Origin: Bugula neritina
Lineage: Eukaryota; Animalia; Bryozoa
Direction of reading: 5' to 3'
Assembly (NCBI GenBank): GCA_964035545.1
Contig: OZ037765.1
Span: 6,706,698 to 6,770,697, forward strand
Length of the DNA stretch: 64,000 nucleotides
The notes under the pieces are model-generated. The model saw nothing but the letters and a program-made list of their open reading frames with translations. It was not told the DNA's origin and searched no databases. Shown here piece after piece: positions 1-13,155 of the stretch. Each line of letters starts with the position of its first letter. Position 1 is the first letter of the stretch. Position numbers and translations under genes: made by a program.

Positions 1-74
1 GAACCTATAAGTTTCTATTATCACATAGATTAGATAGAGTAAATCATGCATTCAACAGTCTTGATTTGTGACAG

Positions 75-2317
75 ACACTACGACTACTCATTGGTGGACG
101 GAGCCTGTGCTGAGAATGTGATTGGATACATGCCAGTACCTGTGGGAGTTGCAGGCCCCCTCCTTCTCGATGGTCGTAAATACACAGTTCCCATGGCAAC
201 TACCGAGGGCTGCCTGATTGCCAGTACTAACAGAGGGTGTCGAGCTATATCCGTATGTATCATATATGTCAATACTTCTAATCTCGTATTTCTTTTCTAT
301 GTTGAAAACAATTTAGTTTATGCATTTCTGGCATTGCATTAAACTCGGGTTTTGATTTATACAGATGTCAGGCGGTGTATCCAGCTCCATCTCAAGTGAT
401 GGAATGACCAGAGCTCCTTTAGTCCAACTACCAACCATGCTTCAGGCTAAAGAAGTTCAAGATTTTATAAAAACTTCAGATGGATTTTCCTTACTGAAAG
501 TCGAGTTTGATTCGACTAGCAGGTAAGTCATTCTGAAATCCTAAAATAAATGGCTAAAAATTGAATATTACTGTTATGTTGAATTTAAAAATAATTAAGA
601 TAAAAATCACTGCACATGTTTTTAATTTCTAGCGTTTAACCAATCATAATGATGTAGTTTATACGTTGCCAGTCAGTTTACTTGTGAAGAATCTTTTTAC
701 ACTGTTACAAAATTCACCAGGTCTAGCATATGGTTCTGCATGAACTTAGAGATCGTGTTTACTAATAGGTTTGCCAGACTGGAGTCTATCGACTGCCAAC
801 AAAAAGGTCGCCTTCTGTACATCCGATTCAAGTGTCAGACAGGGGATGCTATGGGTATGAATATGGTGTCTAAGGGGTGTGAGAAGGTCTTGAAGAAGTT
901 GCAGGAGCTGCATGATGACTTAGAAATTCTCTCTCTGTCTGGGAACTACTGTGTAGATAAGAAACCTTCAGCTATCAATTGGTGAGCATTTTATGCTGTC
1001 TGTTTGTCCTCATATGCTGTTTATTAGTCCTTTACATGCTGTCTGTTTGTCCTTTACATGCTGTCTGTTTGTCCTCATACGCTGTCTGTTTGTCCTCATG
1101 TAGGAAGAGTGCATATTATTTTCGCAAAAAGAGCTTCTTAATCAGTGGTTAGGGTGTAATGTTAGTTCATACTAAGCATAGCTATAGTATGTACCAGCAG
1201 GCATTGACTTGAATATAAATGAAATATTGTTCATTACTGTTAATATAGTTAATTATTTTTCAGTTGTCTTCTCTCTGCAGGGATGTTGTGGTAATGTACT
1301 GCTGGGGTGATAAGTTATGTATTAGATGTTGTCTCTGCCTACATGCTTATATATCTCTTGTAGGATTGAAGGCCGAGGCAAGTCAGTGGTATGTGAGGCA
1401 GTTATACCCGCCAGTGTAGTCAAGACAGTACTCAAGACTACAGTCCCCGCTCTCGTTGAGTTGAACTTTAAGAAGAATTTTGTTGGCTCATCAGTAGCTG
1501 GTAGTATTGGAGGAAACAACGCACACGCTGCTAATGTCGTAGCAGCTATATTTATCGCATGCGGACAGGTAACCTCAATCAACTTACATAAACAGTTGAC
1601 ATAACTTTAAATTTAGTCCCTATACCGATTGGCTTCTATATTACAATACTTCACTGTTTCCTAAAATGAATCATTAAAAACATTTTTTGGTGCTAGAATT
1701 GTCTTCAAATAAAAGTCATGTATACTGAGTTTGCATTGTTATGTAATATCTATTCCAGGACGCTGCCCAAGTGGTTGGCAGCTCCAATTGTCTAACTCTG
1801 ATGGAGCCCACCGGACCTACTCACGAAGATCTAATGATTAGTTGCACAATGCCTACAATGGAAGTTGGAACAGTTGGGGGCGGTACAGTTCTCGGCCCGC
1901 AGTCAGCCTGCCTCAGTATGCTAGGAGTCAAGGGTTCTTGTGTGGAAGAACCTGGGCGTAACGCCCAGACTTTGGCTAGAGTTATATGCGCTGCCGTTTT
2001 AGCTGGTGAACTGTCTCTGATGTCAGCCCTGGCAGCAGGTCATCTTGTCAAAAGTCATCTTAGATATAACAGGTTTGTTTTAACTGTGCAGCACGTGCAC
2101 TTAACTCACATATACTCAAGTGATTTTATAAGATGGTTTAGGATTTTTAATTGCTGTTTTTAACCAAGTTAATAGAATAATATCACTACAACTTATCGAT
2201 TAACGTTATTTTTTTTATTTTAGATCAACTTCGAATGCTGCCAATCCGTTTGCCAAGATAGATGCTGTCTCATCACTAGCTAGTAGATCAGGTTCATGCA
2301 TTCACAAAGCCTCGTAG
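75..2317 (+). CDS. HMGCR: HMG-CoA reductase (class I), catalytic-domain exons; 5' part lies outside the window
   Basis: GT-AG exons 75-252, 365-522, 769-981, 1364-1568, 1759-2072, 2224-2317 join in frame. Motifs: [84 protein letters not shown]. Stop TAG at 2315-2317; AATAAA near 2489. Confidence 0.98.
993..1099 (+). repeat. Intronic minisatellite, ~21-23 bp unit (atgctgtctgtttgtcctcat), ~5 copies
   Basis: Directly visible tandem units in an HMGCR intron. Confidence 0.85.
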
Positions 2318-2820
2318 ATTGCCAGTAAAATTTTCAGATACAGATATTCAGATGGTCCTCCGTAATATTGTAATGTTTCAAATTCTTACACGGTCTATAT
2401 GTTGCCTGGTCATACCATCTCACCTTCACCTCTTATCACCATTCATGTGAACTTTAAACGAGACTAGTAGATTAATTCAATTTTACTCAATAAACAAAAC
2501 ATTTTCGTTATTCTTGAATACATCTCATCTAGTAATACGTTATGTTGCTATTACTTCATTATAGTTTTGTCTTTAAAAGCCATTTATATGATACTATATT
2601 TTATATATGTAGGTTCTCAAATTACCAATGTCTTTCAAACAAACTGTCATATATGACTATTTACAACATTTTGTGTCAGTAAAAGTGAAGATTCTAAAGA
2701 CTTTTTTTCATTGTATTGCAATTGATTGAATCACATATTAAGTGTTCAAAATATATTACTTGTTATATCAAACACATTATGAGTATAATCTTGATGAATA
2801 AGGTAAATGTGATGTATAAG

Positions 2821-3005
2821 AGAGTAGCCATGGTATAGTGGCTACTAAACACGGTCAGTGGTTCGAATCCTAATCAAAGTCATGTGATGTTAGGAAAGGA
2901 ATTCAGCAATAATTGCTCCTTTAGTCCTTTACCACAATATAAAACAAGTCTTTAGTTATAAAAACCATTTCCATCAGGGGTTCTCACAACGATGGTGACT
3001 TTAGA
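2821..3005 (+). mobile_element. Degenerate tRNA-derived SINE (same family as 10142 and 38986)
   Basis: A-box-like tggtatagtgg, B box ggttcgaatcc, and shared body tgatgttaggaa...ataattgctcct...ccatcagggg(t)ttctcaca...gtgact. Confidence 0.75.
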
Positions 3006-3186
3006 GTAATAATGTTATTAGCTACCAAAACTCTTTCAAAATCGAAGAAAAGGACAACGCTCTGATGCATGTTGATGCTGTATAGGATGTAGTTTGAGGT
3101 ATTGAAATAGCATTCACTTGATGTTTCAGCACCCAACTCATACTTGTGAATTATAATAGAAGCTGGTTTTAAGTCTTAAATAAACT

Positions 3187-6100
3187 TTACGATGCATTAG
3201 GTTTGATTCGTCCACCTTGAGATTTCAACAGAAATCTGTCAACTTCCTCTTCAGTTTGTTTCCAAATTGCACCCCAAGACTTGGTGGAAGGCTTTCTCTT
3301 CAAATTGTTTTCACCTGGAAACTCAGTTGGCCACTCGCAACCATAATGATCTAAATGAGCTTGATACTTGGCTTCTGCAATCAAGAACAATCAGACTCAT
3401 AATTTTCTTAATCAAGAGTGAGTAGTTATCTGCTCAGTTAAAAACCCGATTGTAAATAATGCACCGTAGTACCAAATGCATAATGTAATGAACCTAGCTG
3501 AGACAAAATTGCAAGGGTTGAAATACTGTGTAGCCAATAGTTTCACATACACGTGTTACTTACTATGCTTGTTTATATTGTTCATCATTTCACAGACTAA
3601 GCAGAGATAGATATCTGGAAAATTTGGTTTTATCCTCTCCTGGTTGACTTCTACGTCAAAGTCAGGCTCCCACAACCTCTTTTCTAAAGTTTCTTTAAGA
3701 TATCTATTGGTTACACCTCCTTGCCGTTTAAATTTCCGATATGAATTGTACTCTTGCTCATTTGATGATAGCTTGTTGATGACTGACACAAGTTGCTGAA
3801 TAGATGTATAGTCCACTACATTTATTATTGAATTGTTGTCAGGTGTGAAGTCCTGCAAATATAAAACTAAATAAATATATTATATATTATATAAAAGTAA
3901 TGTACGATAAAATTTGATTTAAAACATTTTATTACTATTAGTTTCAAGTGCATGACACACAATCATCAGATAAAATGTAAATAAGCTGTAAATCAAAATT
4001 TATAATATATATATAAAACAAGCAAAACATTCCAAGACCTAAACTTGCTCATGCACTAACTATATTATATTCTATGAAATATATACTTTTAAAATCATAT
4101 TTGCACAGAAAAATCTGAGTTATATACATGAATCTTAGGTGATCCTAGGACAATGGGTATAGTGCCAACAGCCAATGGCCTCCATAGCTTCTCTGTTATA
4201 TAATCCGGGCATATTCCATTCTCCATTGCAATAGCAAATTTATACTTTGACACCAGCTCCAGGAAATCACTATGTGTCATACCATCAACCGGGTCAACTA
4301 GACTAAAACAATAAATTCTTCTAACATGTAGCCTACTAGTATATCTGCTAGGGTAAATAATATACACAAAAATAATATTATTTATTTAGATTAATTTAAT
4401 TATCATTCATCTTACAATAAATTCAAGTGCACACATAGATAATTGTAGTTTCTATATACTATATATAGATTTTATTATCTATATATAGTATATATTTTTA
4501 GAGAATAAAATGAAATTAATGTAGTAATAAGTAATAACAATACTCTTACACAGTTAGTTTAAGGTCATTACTTTCCAGATTCAAGCACTGCTTTATGTTA
4601 TATATAAACGGTTTCCAGGGGATAGCTCGAACAGTTTTTGTCTCACATTAACAAATTTTACATGAAAAGATAGCTCTTGCATTCCTCTTTCATATACTTT
4701 TTTAATTTTTCAATAAAAAATTTTCTGAGAAAGTTGTTGCATAATAAGTAAAATTTTATACCCTCCATGTTCCACTGCTGTAGCACAGGGGATTCATTTT
4801 ATCAAGTCTAAAAGTTAAACTTGACATTCCTTGATATGTTTTCTCTAATATACTTTCTTTGTTTTTTGAAATTCTGTTTATGCTCTTCACAATTTGGTAA
4901 AAACATACACCATTTTGCAAGTTTCACTGCAATTTTCTAAATTCTTCATATGGTGGTTCTAGCTACGCTCCTGTGACTAATTATAAAATTCCTAGTACGT
5001 TTGCCGCTCTGCGCTATCACAATAACATATAGTACCCTCTCGCACAAATTGGCAATCTATTGGATTTCTGCCAAGATAATGTTCCCTGTTTTACATTAGC
5101 ACTTAGCTGAATCATCTCACTATGTTACAATAATATATTGAAAATGCCTTAGCACAACATAATTCTTTGTTTGTTTGGCAGAGTTAATTTCAGCTAAATC
5201 ACTTCACTTTGCAGTCTTGTCAGTAAAGGTCTGTCTATAGCACAGCAGGTGTACTTTCAGTTTCTCTAATTCACATATGATTATTTTAAGTACATTGTAT
5301 TCTATAAGATCAATTTAAGGTTTAGTCCAGCGTTCAGTATCTAATTATTATGCATGTATGTTGTCTTACTGTTGAACAAAAGTTAAAAAAAAAACTTTAC
5401 ACTTATAGCCATATTTATTATACATGCGTAGGATTTGCATAAATTGACAAAAAAAATTGCAACAAAACAGGGTTGAACCATGATCAACCAACTCGTCGTT
5501 GACGCCTCTAACCTCTGGACCACGCAGTCATCGTAAATGAAACGCGCACTATATGAGTCACTATCATTACATAAATATTTCGCGCGCAAACGGGTTATAA
5601 TTATTAGGCTGTCAATTCATGTTGATAGCAGTCAACTGTTGCAATAGTCTCGGGTTACTAGCAAAGCTAATGGTTTTGAACAAATAACCCAAAAGTTTAA
5701 AAATAAGTAGCTTGCGTATTACTAGCTACAAAAACAGGTCTGAAATAGACTGGTAAAGCAAGCTCTTATTGTAGAGTTTGCAGATGTGCTCTAAAATAAA
5801 ACTTAAACTGTATGCTATTACATAAGTATTTGTATGCGAGAGATAAATGGACATTACTGAGTTTCTGGAAAACAACATACTTGAAGTTAACTTTGACAAT
5901 GGTGTGTTATTTTCATCATAGCTAGCCTATAGCATAAATCTCTAATCATATGAATCTTTATGAAGCCCACAGCTCATGTAAGGGTGGCAATGTAAAATGA
6001 AATGAAATGAACAATTATGTTGCTGCATTGTGTCTTAGGTATATTAGAGAGCAGAATTTGGTTTTAATAGCCTACCCCAACGGCATTCTACAATGCAGCT

Positions 6101-9100
6101 TATATGCTGGCAGTTGTAATAAGTACTGCCAATAGCAAGGTTACTATCACTGCTAGCTCTGTGCAGTATGTAACCTCTTGAATAATTGCGCCAATTTTAA
6201 ACTCTTGGAAGTTGGCCAAGTTATCATATCGCAGCCAGCCACCGGAGACAAAGCATCAGAGCTTTTCATATAATATTATACTGACGCACTTGGTAGCAGA
6301 GTGGCTAATCTAATATAGTTCATAGTTCAACACCCTTTACTTTGGGAATACAGCCTCTTTTTTTAGGTTTACCTTACAAAGCATGAAAATATCTAAACTG
6401 ATATTCTGATAATTTAGAGGTACATTTTGAAAACTAGGTTAATTGCACTTGTTTGCACAACAACAATAATAAAATAGATATTATGCAGTATAATAAAAAC
6501 ACACATAGTACTATATAATATATTATAATGATAATAATATAATATTATAAGTACCATTACTGCATTTTATAAATCACATGGTTGCCAAAAAAATGTATCA
6601 CAAATTTTGTAATTATACATCAAAAATAGAACTAGCTAGGCAGCAGGTTAGAATAGAGTAAATTTTTAAAACATGAAATCATGATTTGACTATTGTTTTA
6701 TTTAGGCCAACCAACCTAGGAATACAAGATTGGGTTTTAGCTGACAGTTTATAACATTTAGCTTTTGAGCCAGCAGCACTGGCACTTGTGAAGTATAGGC
6801 AAAGTTAGTGAAGCGAGACTAACAAGCACTCAAATACAAGGCATATTGAGACACAATAACAAGTCAGGAGCGTATAAATTGAAAAGAATGTGGAAGGGGG
6901 ACTATGTTTTTCAACAAGCTATAACTTAAACATGAATTGGCTTTTGAAAAAAATAAAAAAGTATATTGGAGAACATAAATTTCTTTATCTTTTCATATTT
7001 TTTTTGTTCCTGTGACATTCAACCTGTTCGAGCTATCAGTGGAACATTGTTCATATAGAACATAAAGCACCTGGCAAAGAGCCAGAAAATGAAAAGTATG
7101 ACCTTAAACCAACTGTGTATAAAATTTAAATACATTTTTACGGGCTAGCAATTTATTTTGAATAAGTATGCGAGAAAAATTTCGATTTTATTACTTTAAT
7201 AAACAAAGTAATTAACTAATATTTCGGGCACCACTGTGCCCATCTTCAGAGTAACAATAAATAACAATATAACATTATATTGTATCATTATAAGACTTTA
7301 TAAAATAGAAATGTGTTAACATAAATTTATGCAGTATTATTAGTTGGCTAATATTTCGAAAAGTTGTAAATTGGAATAAAGATGTTGCTGCAAATGTATT
7401 TTATACAGTCATAATACAACATTATAAATGCAACCATAATCAAAGAGCAAAAACCAAAAACGAAAAGTGCGAGTTTCTTACTGCTTCGGTAAATCTTTGT
7501 TATGGAGACAAACACCATAGGAGTCCACTTTGACATATTTCATCAGCATTCTTACCAAGTTGTCTCTGTCACTCGGCACATCACAGTCACTTTGAACATA
7601 GATAATGGGTGCCAATCCCTCATTCCTCATAAACCTGGGTATGAATTATATACATTTGAAGCATTTTTGACCAATTAAGAGTACAAATTTTATTTTAACG
7701 TTTTATAGTTGGTAGCCTCAGCCTCAGCTCTTTAATTAGGTATTTAGTTTATTGCCATAAACTTATAAGCAAATCAAAGTTTGTTGGTTCCAAGTCTATT
7801 TTCATTTTGAAGTCTATGATGAAAATTTTACATACTCAACTTTTTGTTGGAAAGATTTCTGAAACTTGGTAGACTCAAGTTGCTGCACATTTCGTAAATA
7901 TTGTGTGGAAAGAGGCAAGTTAGATTCTCTTCGGAATGTCGACGTATGATTAAACAACTCCATAATTCCTAAAATTCCAATTACTCTTTCTAGCCATATT
8001 GAGCACAATTGTTGAAGTTTGAATTCTAAATTTAGTACTTTTAACTATACCTTTGAAGCTAAATATGATGTTATTTTTTGGAGATTCTTCATGCATTAAA
8101 GACCACACATGTTGTGGTAGCCTGGGTAAAGGCAAGTTAGATAGTGACACATCTGTACCATAAAATACTATTGCCTAAAATATAGTAAAATATCACCTAA
8201 ATATAGATGCATGTAATATGTGACATATTAATTATAATGTGCACCATATATTATACATCCTACACAACATTTGTCATGTTCTTTTTATGTAATTTAAGAA
8301 CATTATCCCTATGCTATCTGCTAAACAAAATGTGACTGGCTTTGAAAAAAGGCACAAATTTCAAAACAATAGATACTCTATCGGTTTTGTGTTAGTGTCT
8401 GGTTGAATGATATACTTTAACTACTAGCCAACTTGGCAACAGGTTTTCAAGTTTATTTACTCTCAAATCGTACCCTAGAAAAATGGGAAAAAATAGAAAT
8501 TGTATAAGTAAGTAGTAACAATATAAATCAAAATTCAGAGAAACACCATGAACATCACAGAACCAAACAAGTTGACATGATCTATTATAATTCTAATAAA
8601 ACTTACAATATTGATGCATAGATAAACTTCTTAGCCATCACAATGCCAAAACCGATAGTCTATTCTCACAAAGAGTGTAAATATTGGAGTCTAACTGTGT
8701 GTTCGTATAATGCTAAAAATGCTCCTCTCTGGCGGTTTGATCATGACACACTGACTCATGCAGTACAGTGAATTATAGCACTAGCCCTGCCAGCTAATAA
8801 TAGCTTTGGTGAAAGCTTTAAAGCCTGAAAGCTTTAATGATTGGCTGCCTGCTAATACATCTGGGTGGCATATCAATACAGATACAAACCAGGCATTTAG
8901 CTTTTATGCTCACAAAATTATTAAAATTTGTAATTTTTAAACATTCTGAACTAAAGCTATTGCATGAAAGTTTATTGCAAACATGACTTTTAACCAAGCT
9001 TTGTGTGGAGAGAGGCATTGGAGAGAAATAGAGCTTCCTATCTACACAACAGTTACCTGGCTTAGGTTAGTGGATGTGTAAGATCGGTTGGAAGTAGTAA

Positions 9101-9958
9101 TACACTGGTGAGTTCCACTACTTAATCTACATGTACTGAGTTGTGTTGTTGGGAAACCAAAGTGATTGTGCCAATCCACTAGCAGTGGGTGTTTACCTAA
9201 AAGAGCTGTGAAACCACACTTGCATTATAAGCATTCTACGCAAGCATAGATACTGTGCCCCAAAAACTACTGTCAAATCTTTAAAATATTATAAAATTCA
9301 TTGAAACATTAAATTGTATGAAATTGTAAAATGTTTACATCTATAACATGTGATTATGCAACACATGCACAGTAGTTACAAACATCAAAGATGCTAACCA
9401 TTTGATTGTAACTATAAAAGAATTTATTTCATTCTCAACCAATTGCATCAACCTTTTATTTTAGGAGTTATTTGTTTTTAATTCATTGCCAGTCTTATAA
9501 TAGCAAAATATAGCATAATGCAAATTTACTTACAGATTAACTTGACTGATGAGTAGGATATGTATTAGTTATATTGATAAATAACATATCAATAAAACCT
9601 CTATAGCAACTTACCTTCAACATTGGTGTGTAAGTAACTGTTATCTTGGATAGTTATAATAGCTGGATAGACTATAAACACCTAAAAATGTAATAGTCTA
9701 CAAAATACTAGTAAATACTGACAAACTTACTGCTCTTCTGAATTAAGTTCTGAACAAATAATTTGGCAAAAAAAGTTGATGTCAAGTCTAATCTTTCAAC
9801 AGTTATGAAAACAAAATATATACAAAAGTTACAAATATAACTGCAATTTGTTTTACCTGTAAAAATGCAAATAAAACTAAAGATGCTAAACCACCAACAA
9901 TGATGTAGTTGTGATTCTTGATGCGAGAAAATAATGTCTTAGAGTATTTTTGCACCAT
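3187..9958 (-). CDS. Alpha-1,3-fucosyltransferase, GT10 family, FUT10/FUT11 (POFUT3/4)-like, ~456 aa, 9 exons
   Basis: Exons 9958-9857, 9681-9615, 9196-9057, 8174-8051, 7968-7836, 7634-7482, 4302-4128, 3852-3564, 3374-3187 join in frame (1371 nt). Type II N-terminal TM. Motifs: [79 protein letters not shown]10 vs FUT11 not resolvable here. Confidence 0.93.
4549..7116. mobile_element. Decayed TIR DNA transposon with TA target duplication (Tc1/mariner-type ends) in the FUT intron
   Basis: ta|cacagttagtttaaggtcat...gatagctcgaacag at the left end is the inverse of ctgttcgagctatc...atgaccttaaaccaactgtg|ta at the right end (~85 bp imperfect TIRs). No intact transposase ORF. Confidence 0.7.
7215..7252 (-). 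ncRNA. Minimal type I hammerhead-ribozyme-like motif (probable Penelope pLTR remnant)
   Basis: Minus strand reads act-CUGAAGA-u-gggcac(agug)gugccc-GAAA-uau-u-agu: core motifs, 6-bp stem II, palindromic AUAU stem III, only 3-bp stem I. Confidence 0.55.
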
Positions 9959-10141
9959 CTTTTACTATGCTGAGGCAATCTTATTAACCAGAAAACATGA
10001 GTTGTTATCAGTTAGCTCTGAGAAATGTCATATGGCACGAGTTTAAAAGAGATTTAAAAATGCCTTGGTGTTGGTAAATACTGGTTGCATCAAGTTGCCA
10101 ATCAAATACAAATATATTTTGTTTTCTAAACGGTAAATTTT

Positions 10142-10334
10142 GGAGCAGCCGTGGTCTAGGGGTTAGAGCGTTTGCCTAGTAAGCATGAAGGCCATTGGTG
10201 ATGTTAGGAAGAGCATCCAGTCATAATTGCTCCTGTGCCCCGTTTGAATAATTCCTTAGCCCAATCTAACAAAAACCCTTTCAAAGGTTTTCTTACAGGG
10301 ATAGTGACTATAAACTAGCATGAGTTTTTTTTTG
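10142..10334 (+). mobile_element. tRNA-derived SINE, B box deleted
   Basis: Colinear with the 38986-39199 copy. A box tggtctagggg; flanked by 13-bp near-duplicate aac(g/t)gtaaatttt (10129-10141, 10335-10347). Confidence 0.85.
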
Positions 10335-10986
10335 AACTGTAAATTTTCTAATTAAAATGTTACTTAGACAAATCAATTTGATTCTTGTTTGTCACCCAAC
10401 AGAAAAAACTCGTAAGATATAAATTACGATTTACTCTACATTAATAATTCATCAACGATAAGTAATGTCAGTTACTCAAAATTTATTTGTGTAAAATTAA
10501 AACAAAATTTAGTGCAGTATCACAAAATTTGAAAGACAATGGGATCGAAATACTATCAAGCAAGAAATATGATCAACAAATATTATCAAGATTAATAAAA
10601 CAATTTACAATTATAGATAAGATCGAATGTCATAAGCAAAATTAAAGTATGAGGAATTTGAAAAAACTACAAATACTGTATACAGTTGAAATACAGAAGT
10701 ATGACTCATGGAGACTGCACAAGTTGTTCTAGAAAAAAATTATCTAAACAAAAACCATTACTTATACACACACAACTTTCTTTTCTATTCTGGTGGAAAG
10801 CCAATATATGTGGCGAATTCCATATGCATAAGATAAGCATTGTCAATAAAAGATGAATTGCTACAAAACTTTGGGTGGTACTATCTGCAGCTAACATCAT
10901 AAACTATAAAACAGACAAATTTACAGAAGCTTCAACATTCCCACTTACAGACATTCTACAGTAAAAGTATTATAATTAATAGTTGA

Positions 10987-12277
10987 TTAAAATTGCTTTC
11001 TCTTGATTGACTGACTGGCCTTGTCTAATCTAGATTGGACATCACTAAGATTTCTCCATGAGTCAATGATTAACAACAGAGGAATTACTATCCAAATCAC
11101 ATTCATAAAAACAAAATAAAACCAGAAATATAGTGGGTGATACATTGGTCCATGCTTAAAGTTTTCCATCCAAGCTGTGAGGAAGTACAGAACACAGCCA
11201 TAGAACTGTCCCAGCGATACACACAGCTGACAGAGATATCTGCAGGAGTATTGCTTAACAAAACACCACACTGTGAAGAAGCAGAGGGGTCCTTCCACAA
11301 AAGCAGTGATGCTCTCCATACACACAGTGAAGGAGTCTTTACTACAAATGAATTATTACATGTATATCAGATTTTGTATGAATACATGCATTAGTTTTTA
11401 TTCAAATTAGACTCCAACTGCTATCTAGACTAAATGGGCCTATGTATATGCAACGCACAGATGGCAGCAGCATTGATCAATTACAGAAAAAGTTGAGGAA
11501 CAATATATTTATAATGCTTGAAGTTACTCACGTCATGTATCTACTATCTCCCAAAGAATACTCTTTCCCTAAAATGAACACCAACATCCACATCAAGCAA
11601 TTCTGGATAGCTATTTGCAAGTCATGCACACGAAACAATTAAAAAATGTTCTTACTGATAACTTATAGTGAGGAATTGTGCTACCTGCAGAGTAAAAATG
11701 TTGAACTTAAAATAATCCCCAAGATAACATAAGGAAACACAATTTAGGTACTATAGGTATGTTTAAGATTCAATCTTTAAATCAATGATACTATTCAAAT
11801 TGATCAACAAAGCCTAAGAAACTAAGAGTCAGATGCTTTAATTCGCACTTCTTAATAGAATTTTACATAAATGCATATCTAATTCAGTAGTTGCTTAAAA
11901 AGCTATCGCAATGGTAAATCTATAGGTGCAATTACCACCCATGCTTACAAACTAAAATTAATATAAATAGCAATAATACTCATTTACGTTCACTTACATA
12001 ACTGAGAAAGAAAGTCCATTCTAGAGCTAATGTCGGAATGATAGATAGCAAAATGGCCTTCGAGAAAAGTATGGATTAATCCACATAATAGAAACCAGCA
12101 TAGAATCAATTTTCTAGAAATACTGCTTTTATAGCCTCTTAATAAAAGAAATCCTAAAGAAGAGATGGCTATGCACAAGCCTCCAAAAAAATACAACAAA
12201 ATTTGAAACGTAGGTATATCATTTTGTTGATAGTTATCAAAAATAATACTTCGGGGAAGAAAAGGGTGCGTTTTCAT
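10987..12277 (-). CDS. EBP: Emopamil-binding protein / 3-beta-hydroxysteroid delta8-delta7 isomerase, ~223 aa, 3 exons
   Basis: Exons 12277-11998, 11568-11532, 11341-10987 in frame. Motifs: HPFLP, WFLLCGLIHTFLEG, SQLWKEYSLGDSRY, CMESITAFVEGP, GQFYGCVLYF, YFWFYFVFMNVIWIVIP; C-terminal KRKQF (KxKxx ER retrieval). Confidence 0.96.
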
Positions 12278-12443
12278 TTTGATTCAAATAAATAATAAAT
12301 GAGTTATACTTAAAAACACTAAATTAGCAACGCGAACACCAAGTGAGTTAGATTTGGAACAAGAAAATCTGCAAGTCTTTGAGTTTGCTTGTCAATTAAT
12401 CAACATTGCAAAATATTTAACAATATACTAACGTACGATTTGA

Positions 12444-12482
12444 ATTGGAGCTTAAAACGAAACCGCACTATTGTGGGGTCAT
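12444..12482 (-). promoter_or_regulatory. Candidate sterol regulatory element plus CCAAT box upstream of EBP
   Basis: Minus strand ATGACCCCAC (12473-12482), a 9/10 match to SRE ATCACCCCAC, and CCAAT (12444-12448), ~170-200 bp upstream of the EBP ATG. Confidence 0.35.
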
Positions 12483-12819
12483 AGCCTAGTTTATTAGATA
12501 TTCCGTAATAAATAACGAAAGAGGAAGGAAAAACAACACACAGAACCTATGGTGTGGAACCTAGGCATTATCAGGTGTCATAGCTGGTTTCTAACGGTGA
12601 TTTTTCAAATACTGGGCTCTGTTCGTTGTACAATTCCGCCTGTTCTATTTTACTTACTAAGGTCAAGATCATTAGTTAGTTATAAAAAAGAACCATAATT
12701 ACTACAAGTTCAGTACAAGCTGAAATAGTTATAGTACAAATTTATAATTTATTATATGGTTATATTTATTTCTTACTAAAACCAAGAGTAAGTCTAGCAG
12801 TAACTGTTAGGCTTAGTAT

Positions 12820-13155
12820 TAGTGTTACTATTAGCATTGTTAAATAATGGTAATAATACTAATAGTTTTAGTATTACTAATAGTATTAGTAATACTAATA
12901 CTAATACTAATACTCAAATAGTAGTAATACTAATAGTAATAGTAATACTAATACTAATAGTAATACTAATACTTAATAGTAATAGTAGTAGTATAACTAA
13001 TGCCTAATCAGTAATCTTAATGATAATCTATACTAATAGTAATACAGTGTACGCCATAACTATAAGTATATACTAATACTTATAGTTATAGTATTGCTAT
13101 TAGTATCAGTAATACTCTATTAGTAATAGTAATACTAATAGTAATAGTAATAAAT
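12820..13155. repeat. Degenerate (TAA/TAG/TAC)-type microsatellite
   Basis: Runs of tactaa/tagtaa; explains spurious ORF 12822-13007. Confidence 0.85.

Noticed and set aside
993-1099. CRISPR-like repeat array
   Set aside because: Head-to-tail units with no unique spacers, in a eukaryotic intron.
12822-13007. Asn/Ile-rich ORF
   Set aside because: Microsatellite translation.
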